Shown here one piece after another: positions 12,724-27,052 of a stretch of 64,000 bases of DNA. Positions within the stretch are counted from its first letter, which is position 1; every line of letters begins with the position of its first letter. The DNA lies in assembly GCA_964016885.1 (NCBI GenBank), contig OZ024742.1:266972001-267036000 (forward strand), written 5' to 3'. Both the position numbers and the translations under genes were made by a program. The DNA comes from Eledone cirrhosa. Lineage: Eukaryota. The notes under the pieces were generated by a model. The model saw nothing but the letters and a program-made list of their open reading frames with translations. It did not search any database and had not been told where the DNA came from.

Positions 12724-12950
12724 CTTTCTTAAGAAGGAGCATGTCTTTACTTTCGGCCTATATCTAAAGTCTAAAAGACAATCATACCCGATATAGGTTA
12801 CACTGGGAGATCTTAGTTAGAGCTAGATCGTATAACGGAAATAAAAGACCAAGTGACCTTTGCGCCGCCGAAGCTCTGTAGATACTCTACGCCAACGATC
12901 GAATCTTAAACAAAAAAATTGAAGCAATCGGCTTGTAAGCACAACTTGTA
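12724..12950 (+). mobile_element. Penelope-like (Naiad-type) GIY-YIG C-terminal fragment
   Basis: Translation LSAYI*SLKDNHTRYRLHWEILVRARSYNGNKRPSDLCAAEAL*ILYANDRILNKKIE matches the PLE C-terminal pattern (W.I...A..Y...C.LC..E...I......LNK..E). Confidence 0.65.
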
Positions 12951-13056
12951 TAAAACGTTCATCTATAACAGCCCCAAATTATATCTCAACGGACAGTATG
13001 GACAATATACTGATAATATACGTCATGATGTGGTAGCTAAAAACATTCTATCTTCA

Positions 13057-13237
13057 TTGGCAGTATCGATAAAGGGTCGGACGCCATGCTTTGCAGCAAA
13101 GAATTACGGCCCTTTATTGTCTCAGTTCAAATACCGCCGAGGTTAACTCTGCCTTTCGTCCTTACGGGGTCGATAAAATAAAGTACCAGTAATACACTGG
13201 TTAATTGCTGGCCTTGTGCCAAAAGGAGAAACAATCA
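13057..13237 (+). mobile_element. tRNA-derived SINE, family 1
   Basis: TGGCAGTATCGA A-box, GTTCAAATACC B-box, GGGGTCGATAAAATAAAGTACCAG core. Confidence 0.85.
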
Positions 13238-13529
13238 TTTATATATATATATGTATGTATATCTTATCCGTATATATATATATGTATGTATATCTTATCC
13301 GTATATATATATATGTGTATATCTCCGTATGTATGTATATGTGCATGTACGTGTGCGTGGATGTGAGTATATATGTGTATATGTATGTGTGTATGGGTGT
13401 ATATGTGTGTACATGTGTGTATATGGTTTTCTTCGTGATCGTCCAGGTATTTTACCAGCTTGGGATTTTTTTAGAGATATATTCGTTGTTCCAAATTGTA
13501 TATGTTTGTACGTATATATATATATATAT

Positions 13530-14390
13530 AGAGAGAGAAAGACCCTTTCTTTACCTGTCATCCTCCTCTACTGCTATCTATTCACCCTGCCTTGTCCCTC
13601 TGACCACTTCCTTTTGCGCGCGCACTCCACATGTCTTCACTTCCGCATTACCACACCAGAATTTCCCACCACCGGTCATCTTTTCAGCTATCCATTCCAC
13701 GACGCGCGAAATCTCCAACATCTTGTCTCACACTCCATGGTATTACCTTAGGAACATACACACGAACAAACACATTATTTTCGAACCACGCCACCTACAT
13801 CTACACCACATATAAACACAAACACACACGTGCGTATCCCCACATACACACACTCAGCCTCCGGACTTCACCTCCTCCACCCCTTTCCATCCACACGCAC
13901 GCACACACCGACTTACACCCACTCCATGTACACACCGGTTTCCCTTTTACCTGAACATAGAACCTCGTTCTTCCACCAATTCTCACATTCACATACACAC
14001 ACACACACACGTACACCCATACACAAACATCACCTTCAGCCCTCCCCGCTCGGACCCCCCGCCTCCCTCTCCCCTCTTCAGCCCCCCTCGAACTACCACC
14101 ACCCCTACATACCTCACACCCTTTCACCCCTTGTTAATTTTTATTTTTATTTTTATATGTACTTTTAAAACATTTCCATTACGCTCTACAAAAAATTGCC
14201 CCGCCCCCTTTTAAATGTCTTTCCACCACTGCCCCACACACCCTCTGAACTCTCTTCCTACCCAATGTTCTCCTGATGAAGGGCTTATGCCCGAAACGTC
14301 GTCACCCCCCCCCACTCTCAAGCGTGAAACTAAAAACAATATCATTTGTACTGCCTCTCTTTTTTTTGTTCTCTGTTCATTTATTAAACT
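13530..14390 (+). mobile_element. Degenerate Penelope-like 3' fragment with pseudo-LTR
   Basis: Weak GIY-YIG-like residues (SSTAIYSPC, NLQHLV, LHGITLG), a pyrimidine/CA-rich UTR, a hammerhead core at 14273, and a terminus at (TA)n. Confidence 0.5.
14268..14305 (+). ncRNA. Minimal type-I hammerhead ribozyme core; stem I degenerate
   Basis: CTGATGA-A-GGGC-TTAT-GCCC-GAAA-CG-TC. Confidence 0.65.
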
Positions 14391-14689
14391 ATATATATAT
14401 ATATGTATATGTGTGTGTATATATATCTATATCTATATATGTATGTGTATATACATCTTTTGTAAATAGGTGTGTGCACATGTACCTGTATGTGCATGTG
14501 CATACTGAATATCTATGCGTATGTATGTACGTATATGCACGCGTGTGTGTATATTAGATGCTGATATGTGCGAGTATATGTCTGTGTATGTATGCAATTG
14601 TGCTAGCACATGCAGACGAATGTTCGCTTACATGTGTACATGTAGACATGAACACGATATATCCTCATTTACGAATGCTTCCATTCTAG

Positions 14690-15390
14690 TCAGCGCATAC
14701 TTAGGCGCGGGCCTTAATCCTATAACAATACTTTTAATGTTCTCATCATTATTAATACTTCTACTATTATGAATAGCCTCAGTTATTTTCGTTTAATAAT
14801 TTTACTTTTATTATACCATAGACATGATTTTCTTCGTGATCGTCCAGGTATTTTACCAGCTTGGGATATTTTTAGAGATATATTCGTTGTTCCGAATTGT
14901 AAGTTATGGGAATACTGTTTCCAACTAATTTAGGATGGTTTCGTCGTGGTGTATTCATTATTGTTCTGTGGTATTTCGAAAATTGGTATTGATGCCATTG
15001 AGCAATCCTTCAATTAGGCATACAGTTTATTTACTCCTCGTTGCCAGCCTTTCGTAGCGCCGTATTGTATTAATTGACATGTGTCTTAAATGTATCTATA
15101 GACGTAGAGAGTGTAGAGATCCTAAGTGATACACCGCTTGTGATGGAGTTTATAATGGATTTAGGGTGAATGGAATACATGTTAATATGTTTCAAATTTT
15201 CATTAAATTTGTAGTAAGGTTCAAACAGGTTAGAATTAAAATTGAGGGTTACGTCAGAGAAATTAGCTAGCTTATAGTTATGCTCAAAAGTAATTATTAA
15301 GCCCATAAGTCTGAAGAAAGATCTTATGGCCTTACGTCTTCTTTCTAATTTTTGATAATTGAAATTCCTAAGAGAAGAGTATCATCACCA
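14690..15390 (-). mobile_element. Penelope-like RT/thumb fragment
   Basis: ORF 15070..15306 GLIITFE..ANFSDVTLN..FEPYYK..INMYSIHPKSII..RISTLS matches PLE RT C-terminal motifs (NFLDVTL, SNHP). Confidence 0.7.
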
Positions 15391-15422
15391 TTATCTCCTC
15401 CCCCCCCTCTCTCTCTCATATA

Positions 15423-16331
15423 TCATAATCTATAAAGCTCAGTGTGTGGTCATGCTCCTTCGTTATAGAAATCTACGATATAGAATTTCTTCAATTGAAA
15501 TTTACAATTCAGTATTCGAAATAGTTTCGATTGCGTCTTGACGCAGATAATTTTTTCAATTTCACCCACAATTACGCAAAAAATAGATAAAACTCAATAT
15601 TTTACGATTTTTCTCTCTCATTTAAACTGCTGAACTCTTTCTACTACCATTCAAAATCTATACAACTTCATACTTTCTGCTACTTTCTCTTTCCAAGCTT
15701 GATGGTGATACTGTCCGTTCACACCACTCCCTACTGTCTTAAATTTAGAAAACACATATCCTCTATGAGGTTACTAAACCTGCTAGAAACAGCAGCTAAC
15801 TCTCCCCATATCACACCCCTCCCCACACCACTCCCTACTGTCTTAAATTTAGAAAACACATATCCTCTATGAGGTTACTAAACCTGCTAGAAACAGCAGC
15901 TAACTCTCCCCCATATCACACCACTCCCTACTGTCTTAAATTTAGAAAACACATATCATCTATGAGGTCACTAAACCTGCTAGAAACAACAGCTAACTCT
16001 CCCTCATATCACAACCTTCCCTACTGTCTTAAATTTAGAAAACACACAGACAACCATGCAGAACAACTCCATCGCAGCTCTGTTGTTCGGCTGGCATCGT
16101 CTACGCGCGTGTTACGCAAGTACTGTGAAACAATAAATTTCAACACTTTTTTGCACAGAGATAATATCCATAGGCGAAACTACAATTGTCACTGCTGGCG
16201 CAGCTCATGCTTCCAGGTCTGCAATTCATTCACCCAGTGCCTGGCAGACAAAAAAGTGGTGCCATAAAATGGGTGGTGCAACCTAACTTTGGTAACTTAA
16301 TGACCCCGAGCAACGCCGGGCTTTAATGCTA

Positions 16332-16332
<1 letters not shown>
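15423..16332 (+). mobile_element. Non-autonomous Helitron with an internal tandem array
   Basis: Candidate 5' A|TC at 15423. The 3' hairpin CCCGAGCAACGCCGGG (16305-16320) is followed by CTAG|T at 16329-16332. Confidence 0.7.
15721..16046 (+). repeat. Tandem repeat, ~93-104 bp unit, ~3.4 copies
   Basis: CCCTACTGTCTTAAATTTAGAAAACAC occurs in units starting near 15721, 15825, 15918 and 16011. Confidence 0.9.
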
Positions 16333-16388
<56 letters not shown>

Positions 16389-16475
16389 AATATAGCAAAG
16401 TTATATATCGAAATAAACCATAAAACCTGAAGGGCAACATTAAGGGTAAAAAAACAAAATTATACATACATATAT

Positions 16476-16551
<76 letters not shown>

Positions 16552-16596
16552 CAGACAAACACACACACACACACCCTCTAAGTGCAAATCTCTTGG

Positions 16597-16950
<354 letters not shown>

Positions 16951-16951
16951 C

Positions 16952-17270
16952 AGAAATTACCCAATCCCACCAACGTTGCATCTTGTGAACAGTCCGGCAT
17001 TGGAGACTCCAAAGTGCATATCAAAAAGCATGGCGTTTGTGGAAGACATCAAGCTTATGAATGTGGACATCAAGCTTATAAAGTGTCCATGGCTCTGAGC
17101 CATATACGAGTATTTTCAGTATTACTGCACAATAAACTGCAACTTTTGCTTTCAGGAATATACCTCTGGCACTCCATAGGCGGTGATGTAGTTTGCCAAA
17201 ATCATCAGTTGCCTTGGATATATATATATCACCATGACCGACCAGTTTGTCGGGCGCCAATAGGCGCCGC
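16952..17270 (-). mobile_element. RTE (BovB-like) LINE fragment
   Basis: ISKATDDFGKLHHRLW..KVAVYCAVIL..LVYGSEPWTLY. Confidence 0.75.
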
Positions 17271-17274
17271 TGGT

Positions 17275-18121
<847 letters not shown>

Positions 18122-18317
18122 ACATTTATTGTATTCAGCCATGTAGAGCGAAATTTTCTTTTATATATATATAAGGAAAAAAGATCAAATCGAAAATGCA
18201 ACTGGAGTCTTTTTTTATAAAAATATATATTTATTTGGTTCCTTTACCGGTTTCGCAGTTCTTCTGCTTTTCAAAAGTAGAATTGAGATGGAGGATTTAT
18301 GGTTTTTCTCACATCTG

Positions 18318-18351
<34 letters not shown>

Positions 18352-19442
18352 CGTGTGTGTGTCTGTGCACACGTGTATGTGCGCGTGTGCGCTCGTGTGT
18401 GTGTGTGTATGTAATTATGCATGTATCTTGGATTGCTGATTCTAGTAGATCGACTGACAACGTAAATGCGATAAATCCAGAAATCATTCAGCTTTATTCA
18501 TTTTGTTTTGTTACGAAAATAAAGCCTCTACATGGTTGTTGAACCAGTTAGAAATAGCTACGACAACACTCTCAATTGCCTTAAGTGCCATTGAATAATG
18601 TAATCCTATTTTTACCCTTGAAAAAACAGGGTGTTCATGGCTGGAATCTGATCACAGATACTGGTTGTCTTCAACTATTGTCTTTTCCAAGATTGGTAAA
18701 ATAACAACTAAACAAAATACAGGTGTCTATACAGCGGACTCTATTTCTTGAAGGCAGTTTCAAATTCATTGTCTGAAACAAATAAATTAACGGAAGAAAT
18801 ATAAAATTTTTCAAATATATTATATAAAGCTTTACCAGAAATAAATGAATTTTGCTTTTATTGGGGGAGATGACTTTAAATATCCATAAATGACACTGCC
18901 AAATAAATGGCTTACCAATATATCACCAAATAAATATAAACATTTAGTATAGGCACCAATGTAAAATAAATTAGATTTATTAATTGGCATTACTCAAGTA
19001 AAAATAGGGCAAGGTTTCGTCATTGTGCCCTGCTACAGAGCAATTTGTAGTCAATAGTTGATGATGAATATAATGATGATAATAATGATGATGATGATGA
19101 TGATGTTGCTGCTGCTGATGGTGATGATGAGAACGACGGTGGTGACAAGGATGGTCATGATGAGGAAGGTATTTTCCAAGACGTTAAGGTTTTATTTACG
19201 GCTGATTTAGGCGTTGTGCCAAAAGAGTGAGGTGAGTCTCATTCCTTCAAACACAATTGTAATATGTATGCTTTTCACAATCCTCCTCTATATCCGATGG
19301 ATGTGTAGCCCCAATGGGCGACAAACACAATGACTGCATATTTAGTTACACAATTACACCGACTGCCTTTATCGACATTTCAAACAAATACAGTTTAAAA
19401 AGGCCACCGTTTTATAATATATCACTGAATATTATATTCCAG

Positions 19443-19649
19443 GTTATAGCGAGAAATGGACAAATCGATGGAGCTGCCAAACAAAATCATTTTAAGAATT
19501 TAATTATGCGGTCAAATCCAGCAAAGGTTGAAGCAATCATTTTTCTTCCGACGTCGACAAAATCAGTAGTAAAGATCGGTGTAATGAATCATACTCTTCT
19601 CGAAAGTTATGGATTTGTGTACATGACAGAAATCAATATTATATACTAG
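19443..19649 (+). CDS. Possible terminal coding exon of an unknown host gene
   Basis: Acceptor ATTATATTCCAG is followed by 68 stop-free codons of globular composition (VIARNGQIDG...FVYMTEINIIY*) in AT-rich DNA. No family recognised. Confidence 0.35.
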   Translation, partial: VIARNGQIDGAAKQNHFKNLIMRSNPAKVEAIIFLPTSTKSVVKIGVMNHTLLESYGFVYMTEINIIY

Positions 19650-19723
19650 ATAACCAAATAGCACAAAGAATAAGAAACAAAAAATACAAAAAAAAGAAAA
19701 AATAGCTTCGCTATGTTCTGGAT

Positions 19724-20200
19724 TTCTTCTTCTTCTTCTTCTTCTTCTTCTTCTTCTTCTTCTTCTTCTTCTTCTTCTTCTTCTTCTTCTTCTTCTTCTT
19801 CTTCTTCTTCTCCTCCTCCTCCTCCTCTTCCTCCTCCTTCTCCTCCTCCTCCTCCTCTTCCTCCTCCTCCTCTTCTTCCTTTTTCTTCTTTGCCCACGTA
19901 TTCCTGCTTGGGTTTTGGGAGACAGAGTCTTCAAGCACTCCTTCCATCGGGTCCTGTCAGAAGCAACCATCTCCAATTGATCCGGCTGGATTCCAAAGCG
20001 TGACCAGTCGAGCTCATGGATGTTATCCAACCATATGTCTCTCGGTTTATACCTGGGTCTCTTGCCGGTTTGTCTTTCCCTTAAAATCTGTCCAGTAATT
20101 CTTTCCAGAGACATTCTAACCACATCTCAGTAATATCAGATCTGTGATTTCTCAAGTTGGAGAAGTAGTGGTTCTACCTGGAGCGCCTCCCTTATTGTCG
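19724..20200 (-). mobile_element. RTE-like LINE 3' end with (GAG)n/(GAA)n tail
   Basis: GKRPRYKPRDIWLDNI...ASDRTRWK, followed by the triplet tract at 19724-19880. Confidence 0.7.
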
Positions 20201-20289
20201 GGCTACGCACTCTAAACAAAGACTCTCCGAAGGAAACCGATTTCGGCCGCTTGTATTTTCGATCTTAATATTTAGGTCATTACTCAAGT

Positions 20290-21345
20290 TATATTATAAG
20301 GGTTGGCACGAATACTGAAAGCGTCGACACCATTAACTGAGATACTAAACAATACTGAACTCGGATATAAATACTACGGCAAGATAATCAAGCATCTTCT
20401 GTATATGGAGGATCTAAAGCTATTCGCTACAAGCGGGAGACTTGAAACATTGTATCAGACAGCACATCAATTCACAGAAGAAATAAACATGAAACTTAGA
20501 CTAGAAAAATATGTGAAGGCAAACCTTAAGGGAGGAGAACCAGTAAAAAAGAAATCTTCAATATTATGCCGGTTAATGAAACGGAAATAAGAGAATTCTA
20601 TTAAACACAGACATACAAATAATTAGGAGCTAAACGGGCTTCAATACACACAAATAAAAGTAAAGATTAGAAAAGAATTTTATAGCCGGATAGAATTACT
20701 ACTTATGACAGAACAAAATACAAGGAATGGGGTAAGAGGCATTCATACTATATCGATCTCAGTAATAAGTTACATTTTCAATATTCTGAACTGGATACTA
20801 ACAGAACTAACAGAACTAGAGAAAAAAAAAGAACTCAAGAAATATAATGACTGCCACCCAAAATAAGATGTAGGAAGGCTGTACCTACCATGAATGCAGA
20901 AAGGAAAAGGCCTTAAGCAACTAAAAAACTATTATTGAATAACACCGTTCTAGGAATACAGGTAAATAAAATATCTAATGAAAATATCTAATTGCACCTA
21001 AAAAGGTATGAAACAAGAACAAATAAACAGGAAAGCAAATAAATTAAAAAAAGAAGTTGAATTGATAGATAATTCTGAGGAAAATGTAAATACAATAGTC
21101 ACAGTAACAGAAACAGCGAAAAAGATAAAATCCAGATTGGAAATAGATCTCCAGAATGCTATGTCTAATAAGAGAAGAAAATGAATAGTGAGGAAGTGGA
21201 AGAACAAAATTCACAAAACTGGTTAAGAAACTCTGAACTAAGAAACGAAGCTGAAGGATTTCTAATTGTAGCACAAAATGAAGTCCTCCCCACCAGAAAT
21301 ACCAAAAATTCCTAGTGAAGCAGAACACATTATTTGTCTGAGGCA
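20290..21345 (+). mobile_element. R4/Dong-like LINE remnant (old)
   Basis: IKHLLYMEDLKLFA (cf. HLLYMDDLKLY), MKLRLEKY, GRLYLP and ETEGFLI-like segments. Confidence 0.7.
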
Positions 21346-21384
21346 CTTGTTGCTATTTGACAGATGACTAAATACTCCGGTACA

Positions 21385-22990
21385 TTATGATTTGAGTATC
21401 ACAGCTGAAACTCTTAAAAAGCAGGCCAAAAAAATCACCAGGCCCAGATGGTGTGCAAGGATATTGGATAAAAAATATAACATCCCTCCACCCGAAACTG
21501 GCAACCATGTTCAATGACTGCTTAGTGTCGGGTAAGTACCAGAATGGTTGAAAAAAAGGTACCACAGTTCTGGTAATGAAATACCGAATCAAGGGTAATG
21601 AGGTTACAACTATAGGCCTATCACATGTCTGTCCGTAATGTGGAAACTTTTAACAAGCATTGTGTCTGAGGAAATCTACCATCACCTCCACATAAACAAC
21701 TTGTTACCGGACGAACGGAAAGGATGCAAAAAGAAGTCCCGTGGTACAAAAGACCAGTTACTTATTGATAAGATGGTAATAAGGAATTGCAAGAGGAGGC
21801 ATACTGGTCTTGCCATGGGATGGATAGATTACAAGAAGGCATTCGACATAGTTCCTCATTCTTGGATAACCAAACGCCTAGAGATCTTCAAGGTAGCAGA
21901 CAGCATCAGACAGCTATTAAGTAAAAGTATGAAGTCCTGGGAAACAGAGCTAACATCAGGTGGAGAATCCTTGGGAGGAGTGAAGATCAAGAAAGGTATC
22001 TTCCAGGGAGATAGTTTGTTCCCTTTGTTGCTTGTACTTACCCTCACAGCCTTGTCCCTCATATTTTGAAAAGTGAAAGAAGGATACAAGCTGGGATGAG
22101 GAGAGCTTACCATCAACCACCTCCTCATTACGGACTATCTAAACCTCTTTAGGAAATCGAGAAAGAGTTGGAGGTACGTGTTAACACAGTCCGTATATTC
22201 AGCAATGATATATGTATGGAACTTGGTGTTAATAAGTGTGGAGTCCTAGTGATGAAGAGGGGTAAATTGAGTAGAAGCAAGCAACGAAATCCAGGAACCA
22301 AACGGGGAGATGATAAAGGAAATTTACACTAAAGAGGGAGACAAATATTTCGGTGTTCTGGAGGCAGATGACATCAAGAACAATAGAATGAAGGAATTGA
22401 TAAGATCTGAATACATAAGGAGAGTTAGGAACATTCTAAAATCACATCTAAATAGTAGGAATGTCATAAGTGCAGTAAATTCCCGAGCTATGTCTATTAT
22501 TAGGTACAGTGCGGGAATTTTGAAATGGAATGTTACTGAACAAAAAGAAATGGATAGGAAGACTAGGAAGCTAATGACTATCTACAACATGTTCCACAAG
22601 AGGAGTGATGTCGATAGACTCTACTTAAAGAGATCTGAGGGCGGAGGCGGTTTTATCAGTGTGGAAGTATGTGTTCAAATGGAGAAGAGTGTTTTACACA
22701 AATATGTGCCTGAGAGTAGGGAGCCAATGCTCAAAGTTGTACTGAAGGAGAATACAATAGACCAGAGGATGTCCTGAGTTCAATATCGTCCCGATTGTCA
22801 TAGGAGCACTAGGTACTAACTCGAAGAGATTTTAAGGATGGTTAAATAACATTAGTCCAGCCGCCTTCTTTGGAACACTTCAAAAGGCCTGCTTGCTGGG
22901 ACCAGCAAGAACCCTAGATACGTCTGCAATATCTGAAGCTGCAGGTAGCGCATTGATATTCATTTGAACACACTTTTCAGTTAAATAACA
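21385..22990 (+). mobile_element. R4/Dong-like LINE RT fragment with internal deletion and 3' end
   Basis: [73 protein letters not shown]. Confidence 0.88.
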
Positions 22991-23029
22991 TCAATTACTG
23001 AGACTCCAAGAAAATAGTAATAACAATGA

Positions 23030-25540
23030 TTTCTTTATTAGCCACACAGGGTTCACATTATGAAAACATTGAAGACAACAAAGGTTGGTGCAGTGTGCGT
23101 TTTCATTCGTATAAAATAAAATTTATAACCGCGATTAAAGAAATATATATAAAAACAAAACAAACATAAATTCCTCAAAAGTAAGGAGACTCCAATAATC
23201 ACTCGTCGAAAGCCCACAAAAATCCGTGGTTATCCTATCCGCTAGGGCATGTGCCCCTCCCAGCTTCTCTCCTCCAATCTACAGTCATACTCAAGCCAGA
23301 CCATTCACATGGATCTTGCTGGCCACTCTCACACAACCTTCAACAAACTACTTGGAAGACAGCACTTACCTCTTTTCCACCCTGATTTTCCTCTTCAATT
23401 AGGGCTTCACCAAATGAGAAAGTGTTTTTCTTCAACCCTTTCTAACGCATCCACCATACAACCTCTTTCGCCATGGCTATCAGGCAGATAAAAACTGCCT
23501 GTTCTTCCTCTCTAAAGAAGACGGCAAGGCGATCAGGTCATCAATATTCGTACACCTGATGATTGCGTGCTGGACAGTTTCATTGTCCTGGACACATCTT
23601 GGAAGGCCCCACTTGACGGCACTTCAATGTCTGTAGAGTGTGTCTCAAATTGGCAATCTCCCCGACAGCACAGCCAGGCAAGGGGTTTCTGGAAATTTTC
23701 CATGAGCTTTGGATTGAAAGTTCTCTGGAGAAGAGTGGCTAGTTGATTTTCGTCAACACCCAGAGTCTCCTCAAGAACGTTGTCGCTTTTTCTGGTCACA
23801 AACCCTCTATAGAACTGCCCGAGTAGCTGAATGCTGTGAGTGCTTGAAGACATTCCAGTCTTAAAGCGCTCGCTCTTCGCATGACCCATGAGTGCAGCTC
23901 TGTTAAGGGACGATCTGGGGGGGGGGGACGTGTCTAGCAAACGCCGACCACACCGAAACGTTGGAGATGTCGTATCTTCTGCACATGTTTGTGCTTTATC
24001 AACTAAGGAATGCCCCAAAGGACAGCTTCCTCTCGGCCCATATCTGGATGAGAGAGGCCACCTCGTCGATACCTCGTTCCAGTTTTTATTCATCTGGAGG
24101 TCCGGTCCAAACCAGACCGCAAGCAATATAACTGATTCGTCCGTACAGTGCCTGTCGACCCTGTTGGACCATGCTTCTCCACTTACCGAGTTGCAGTCCT
24201 TCCGACGTTTCCTGGTTAAATTTTGTTTCTGTTACGGCTTCGTACTTTAGGCGAGCGGTGCCGATTATCTCAATCTGTTTGGTGTTCGACACCACTACAG
24301 TGACGTCTTCGGCATATGCTGACACCGATCTTTCACATCCGAGCTCGCGTGGGATACAGCTCAACGTCTTCAATTTGTGTAGTAAATTCCCCAAGAGCCA
24401 ATACATATAAAAGTTGGTGAGCGGACAAACTTGGCGGACCAAGCATATGACGTTGAACCGTTCCGAAAGGTGACCGTTCACTCTAACCACAGAACAGATA
24501 TCACTACGTTTCAGTGATCCAACACCTGAAAATGGTGTCCGAAGCCTACGTCATTGAGAAATGCCTCGAGGTAGCGATGTTCGACCCTATCGAAAGCCTT
24601 TGATTGATCTTAATTGGTCATGGCCTCACCTGTGCAGTGTTCCTTAGTCACACTCTGTGAAGTATCTCATAAGGTGGAGGTTGTCGTGTATGCATCTGTC
24701 CGAAATGGCGCATTTTTGCGCCTTACCTACCAGACAACCGACGGCAAGCGCCAACTTTATTGCTGACACCTTCGCCGAAATTTTAAAGTATGTGTTTTGC
24801 AGAGGTATGGGCCAGCAATCGTGTCCTTTGTCCGGGTCCTTTCTCAGAGTGCTACCGCCCCTCTGATTATAGAACTGGGAATTCTTCCATTCTGCTGCCT
24901 GTTGGCGTAGATGTCAGTTAGGACGTCGCCAAACAAGAGTGGCATGTTTGTGTAAATCTTATAAGGAAGACCATCCAAACCAGGTCATTTTCCACTCGTG
25001 GATCCAGCAATTGCGTCCCATATTTCCGCCGCTGTTATTGGCTTTTCGCAACACTTCTCCATCACTGACAGCCGCGACAGGCCATAGAGTTAGTGTCTGA
25101 AGTCCATCCCACGATCCAACTCGCCACCGCTCACGAAGATTTGAGCGAAGTTTCGCTGAAAAACTGGACACATATGCTTGGGATCATGTACCGTGTTCCC
25201 AAAGACCGGATTGTAACTTTGTTACCCCGCCTTGCTTCCGCCACTTGGGCCCATGAAATGTCTTTCGTCTCCCCGTGTCTAAGAGTACGCGCCGTAGCTC
25301 TGACAACGCAGCCTTCGTGCTTAGCGTAGAAAAACTGATCCAGGGCCAATCCTGCTGCAGCATGTCAGCTGTGATGTCTTAAGTCCGTGCTTCTTCTAGG
25401 TTTCTAACTAGATCTCCCTCTACTCTAGTTTCTCTATCGTTATAGCCTTTCTAAACCTTATCGATTCTATTCTAATAGCCCTTTACAGGGTGAACCACCA
25501 TTTGTTGTTGACGATTGACCCAGCCAATGCTTGCTTAAAT
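23030..25540 (-). mobile_element. L1/Tx1-type LINE, copy C: degenerate ORF2 and 3' UTR
   Basis: ALDQFFYAKHEGCVVRA, VRVNGHLSE, AYAED, WFGPDLQM; terminus TGTGGCTAATAAAGAAA at ~23030-23047. Confidence 0.88.
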
Positions 25541-26580
25541 TATAATCATAAACTGCAACAATTGGATTATCTACATATTTAAAAGGATCAAACGATTGGA
25601 TGACTAATCTTATTCTGAAGCATGAAAACGGCAAAAGTTCATACTCCATTACAAAAGATGCTCACAGAAACTCTAATAAACACAAAATGAAAACCACGGA
25701 AGAGAAAAGCCGGTAAAATATTTGCATGGTAGGAATTATTAAAGTAGTTGACTGAGATAGGACAAGAATAATAAACTATCCAGAAAGAGCTAACAATCCA
25801 GATGTTGAAAAACATATTTGTTGTTGGCATCTTCTGAACTGAAATCGGAGACTGAAGGAATAATTATACCAGCACAGGATCAGTATCTTTCAGCAAAATA
25901 CTATCAAGCCAATATCATTAACAATGGATGCAAACCATTATGTCATGTCTGTAAAAAATAACCAGAGACCATTGATCATATAATTAGTCTTTTAGCTCTA
26001 ACCGATTAATCCAACAGACACGACAGAGCTGCAGAATACATAATTTGATAATGTGAAAGTTCTTTGATCTTCCCCACCAAAAACATTGGTGGGAGCATCA
26101 AACACCTCCCGTACTTCAAAAGTTCACATTTCAATTTTGTGGAACTTTAGTATTCAAACAGACCAGAAGATTAATACAACTAGGTCTGAAATAATATTGA
26201 AGGACATCAAACAGAACGTATACCTGCTAATTGACATGACCATTCCTATATACAAGAATGTACCTGTAATATAAAGCCCGGGAAAGAGAGATTAGAAAAA
26301 TGTGGAAGTTGAGAGCTAAAACAATACCAGTGATTGTAGGTGCTCTAAGAATGATGCCTAATGTGTCTAATGGTTATTTATCCCAACTTCCAGGAAACAC
26401 ACGTATAGAAGAAATAGAGAATATAATACTAATGTGAACAGCCCTTAGATTAAGGAAAATTCTGGTTTTTCACAAGTGTAAACATCCACTTTTTTTCTGA
26501 ACATGGCGGAACTTAGTGTCTCTTGGGCTGACTCGTTGTGACTTGGTGGTAACTCGTATGAACATAAAGCAAAATAAAAA
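25540..26580 (+). mobile_element. R4/Dong-like LINE 3' fragment (zinc knuckle and RLE endonuclease)
   Basis: ETEGIIIPAQDQ, CHVCKK..ETIDHII, ILWNFSIQTD..LLIDMTIP, IPVIVGAL. Confidence 0.8.
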
Positions 26581-27001
26581 TGGTAGTATTCTTAAGTGTT
26601 AATTTAAACACTTGGTCAGCCTTGACACCATTTAGTAGAATTGCTAGAACTAGTGTCCTGGAAATGTGAAATAATTTCTAATAGAGACATGTATTTTTCT
26701 CTCTTTGACGACTTTAACATATGAGCAAAAAAGCTCCCCACCAACGCATAGCAACTATCTGAATAATACAATTCTCTTGTATGAAAAAATGGAAATTATG
26801 GCTTTATTGTGCCACATCTTACAAACGTCAAGTTTGATGTATAGATATCATCAGAATTTGCAGCTGGTGATGTTTGTTTAATTTATATTCATGAGATTAT
26901 TTTGATTCGTCAAATGTATTGCGTTTCTACTTTTATGGCTTGCTTCAAGCATTTACCTATAAAACTTTCTTGTATCGATTGTTGACAAGTAGGGAAATTG
27001 T

Positions 27002-27052
<51 letters not shown>

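Noticed and set aside
12724-12950. Selenocysteine recoding, reported for some Naiad PLEs
   Set aside because: The in-frame stops here are TAA/TAG, not TGA at Cys positions, and no SECIS was recognised.
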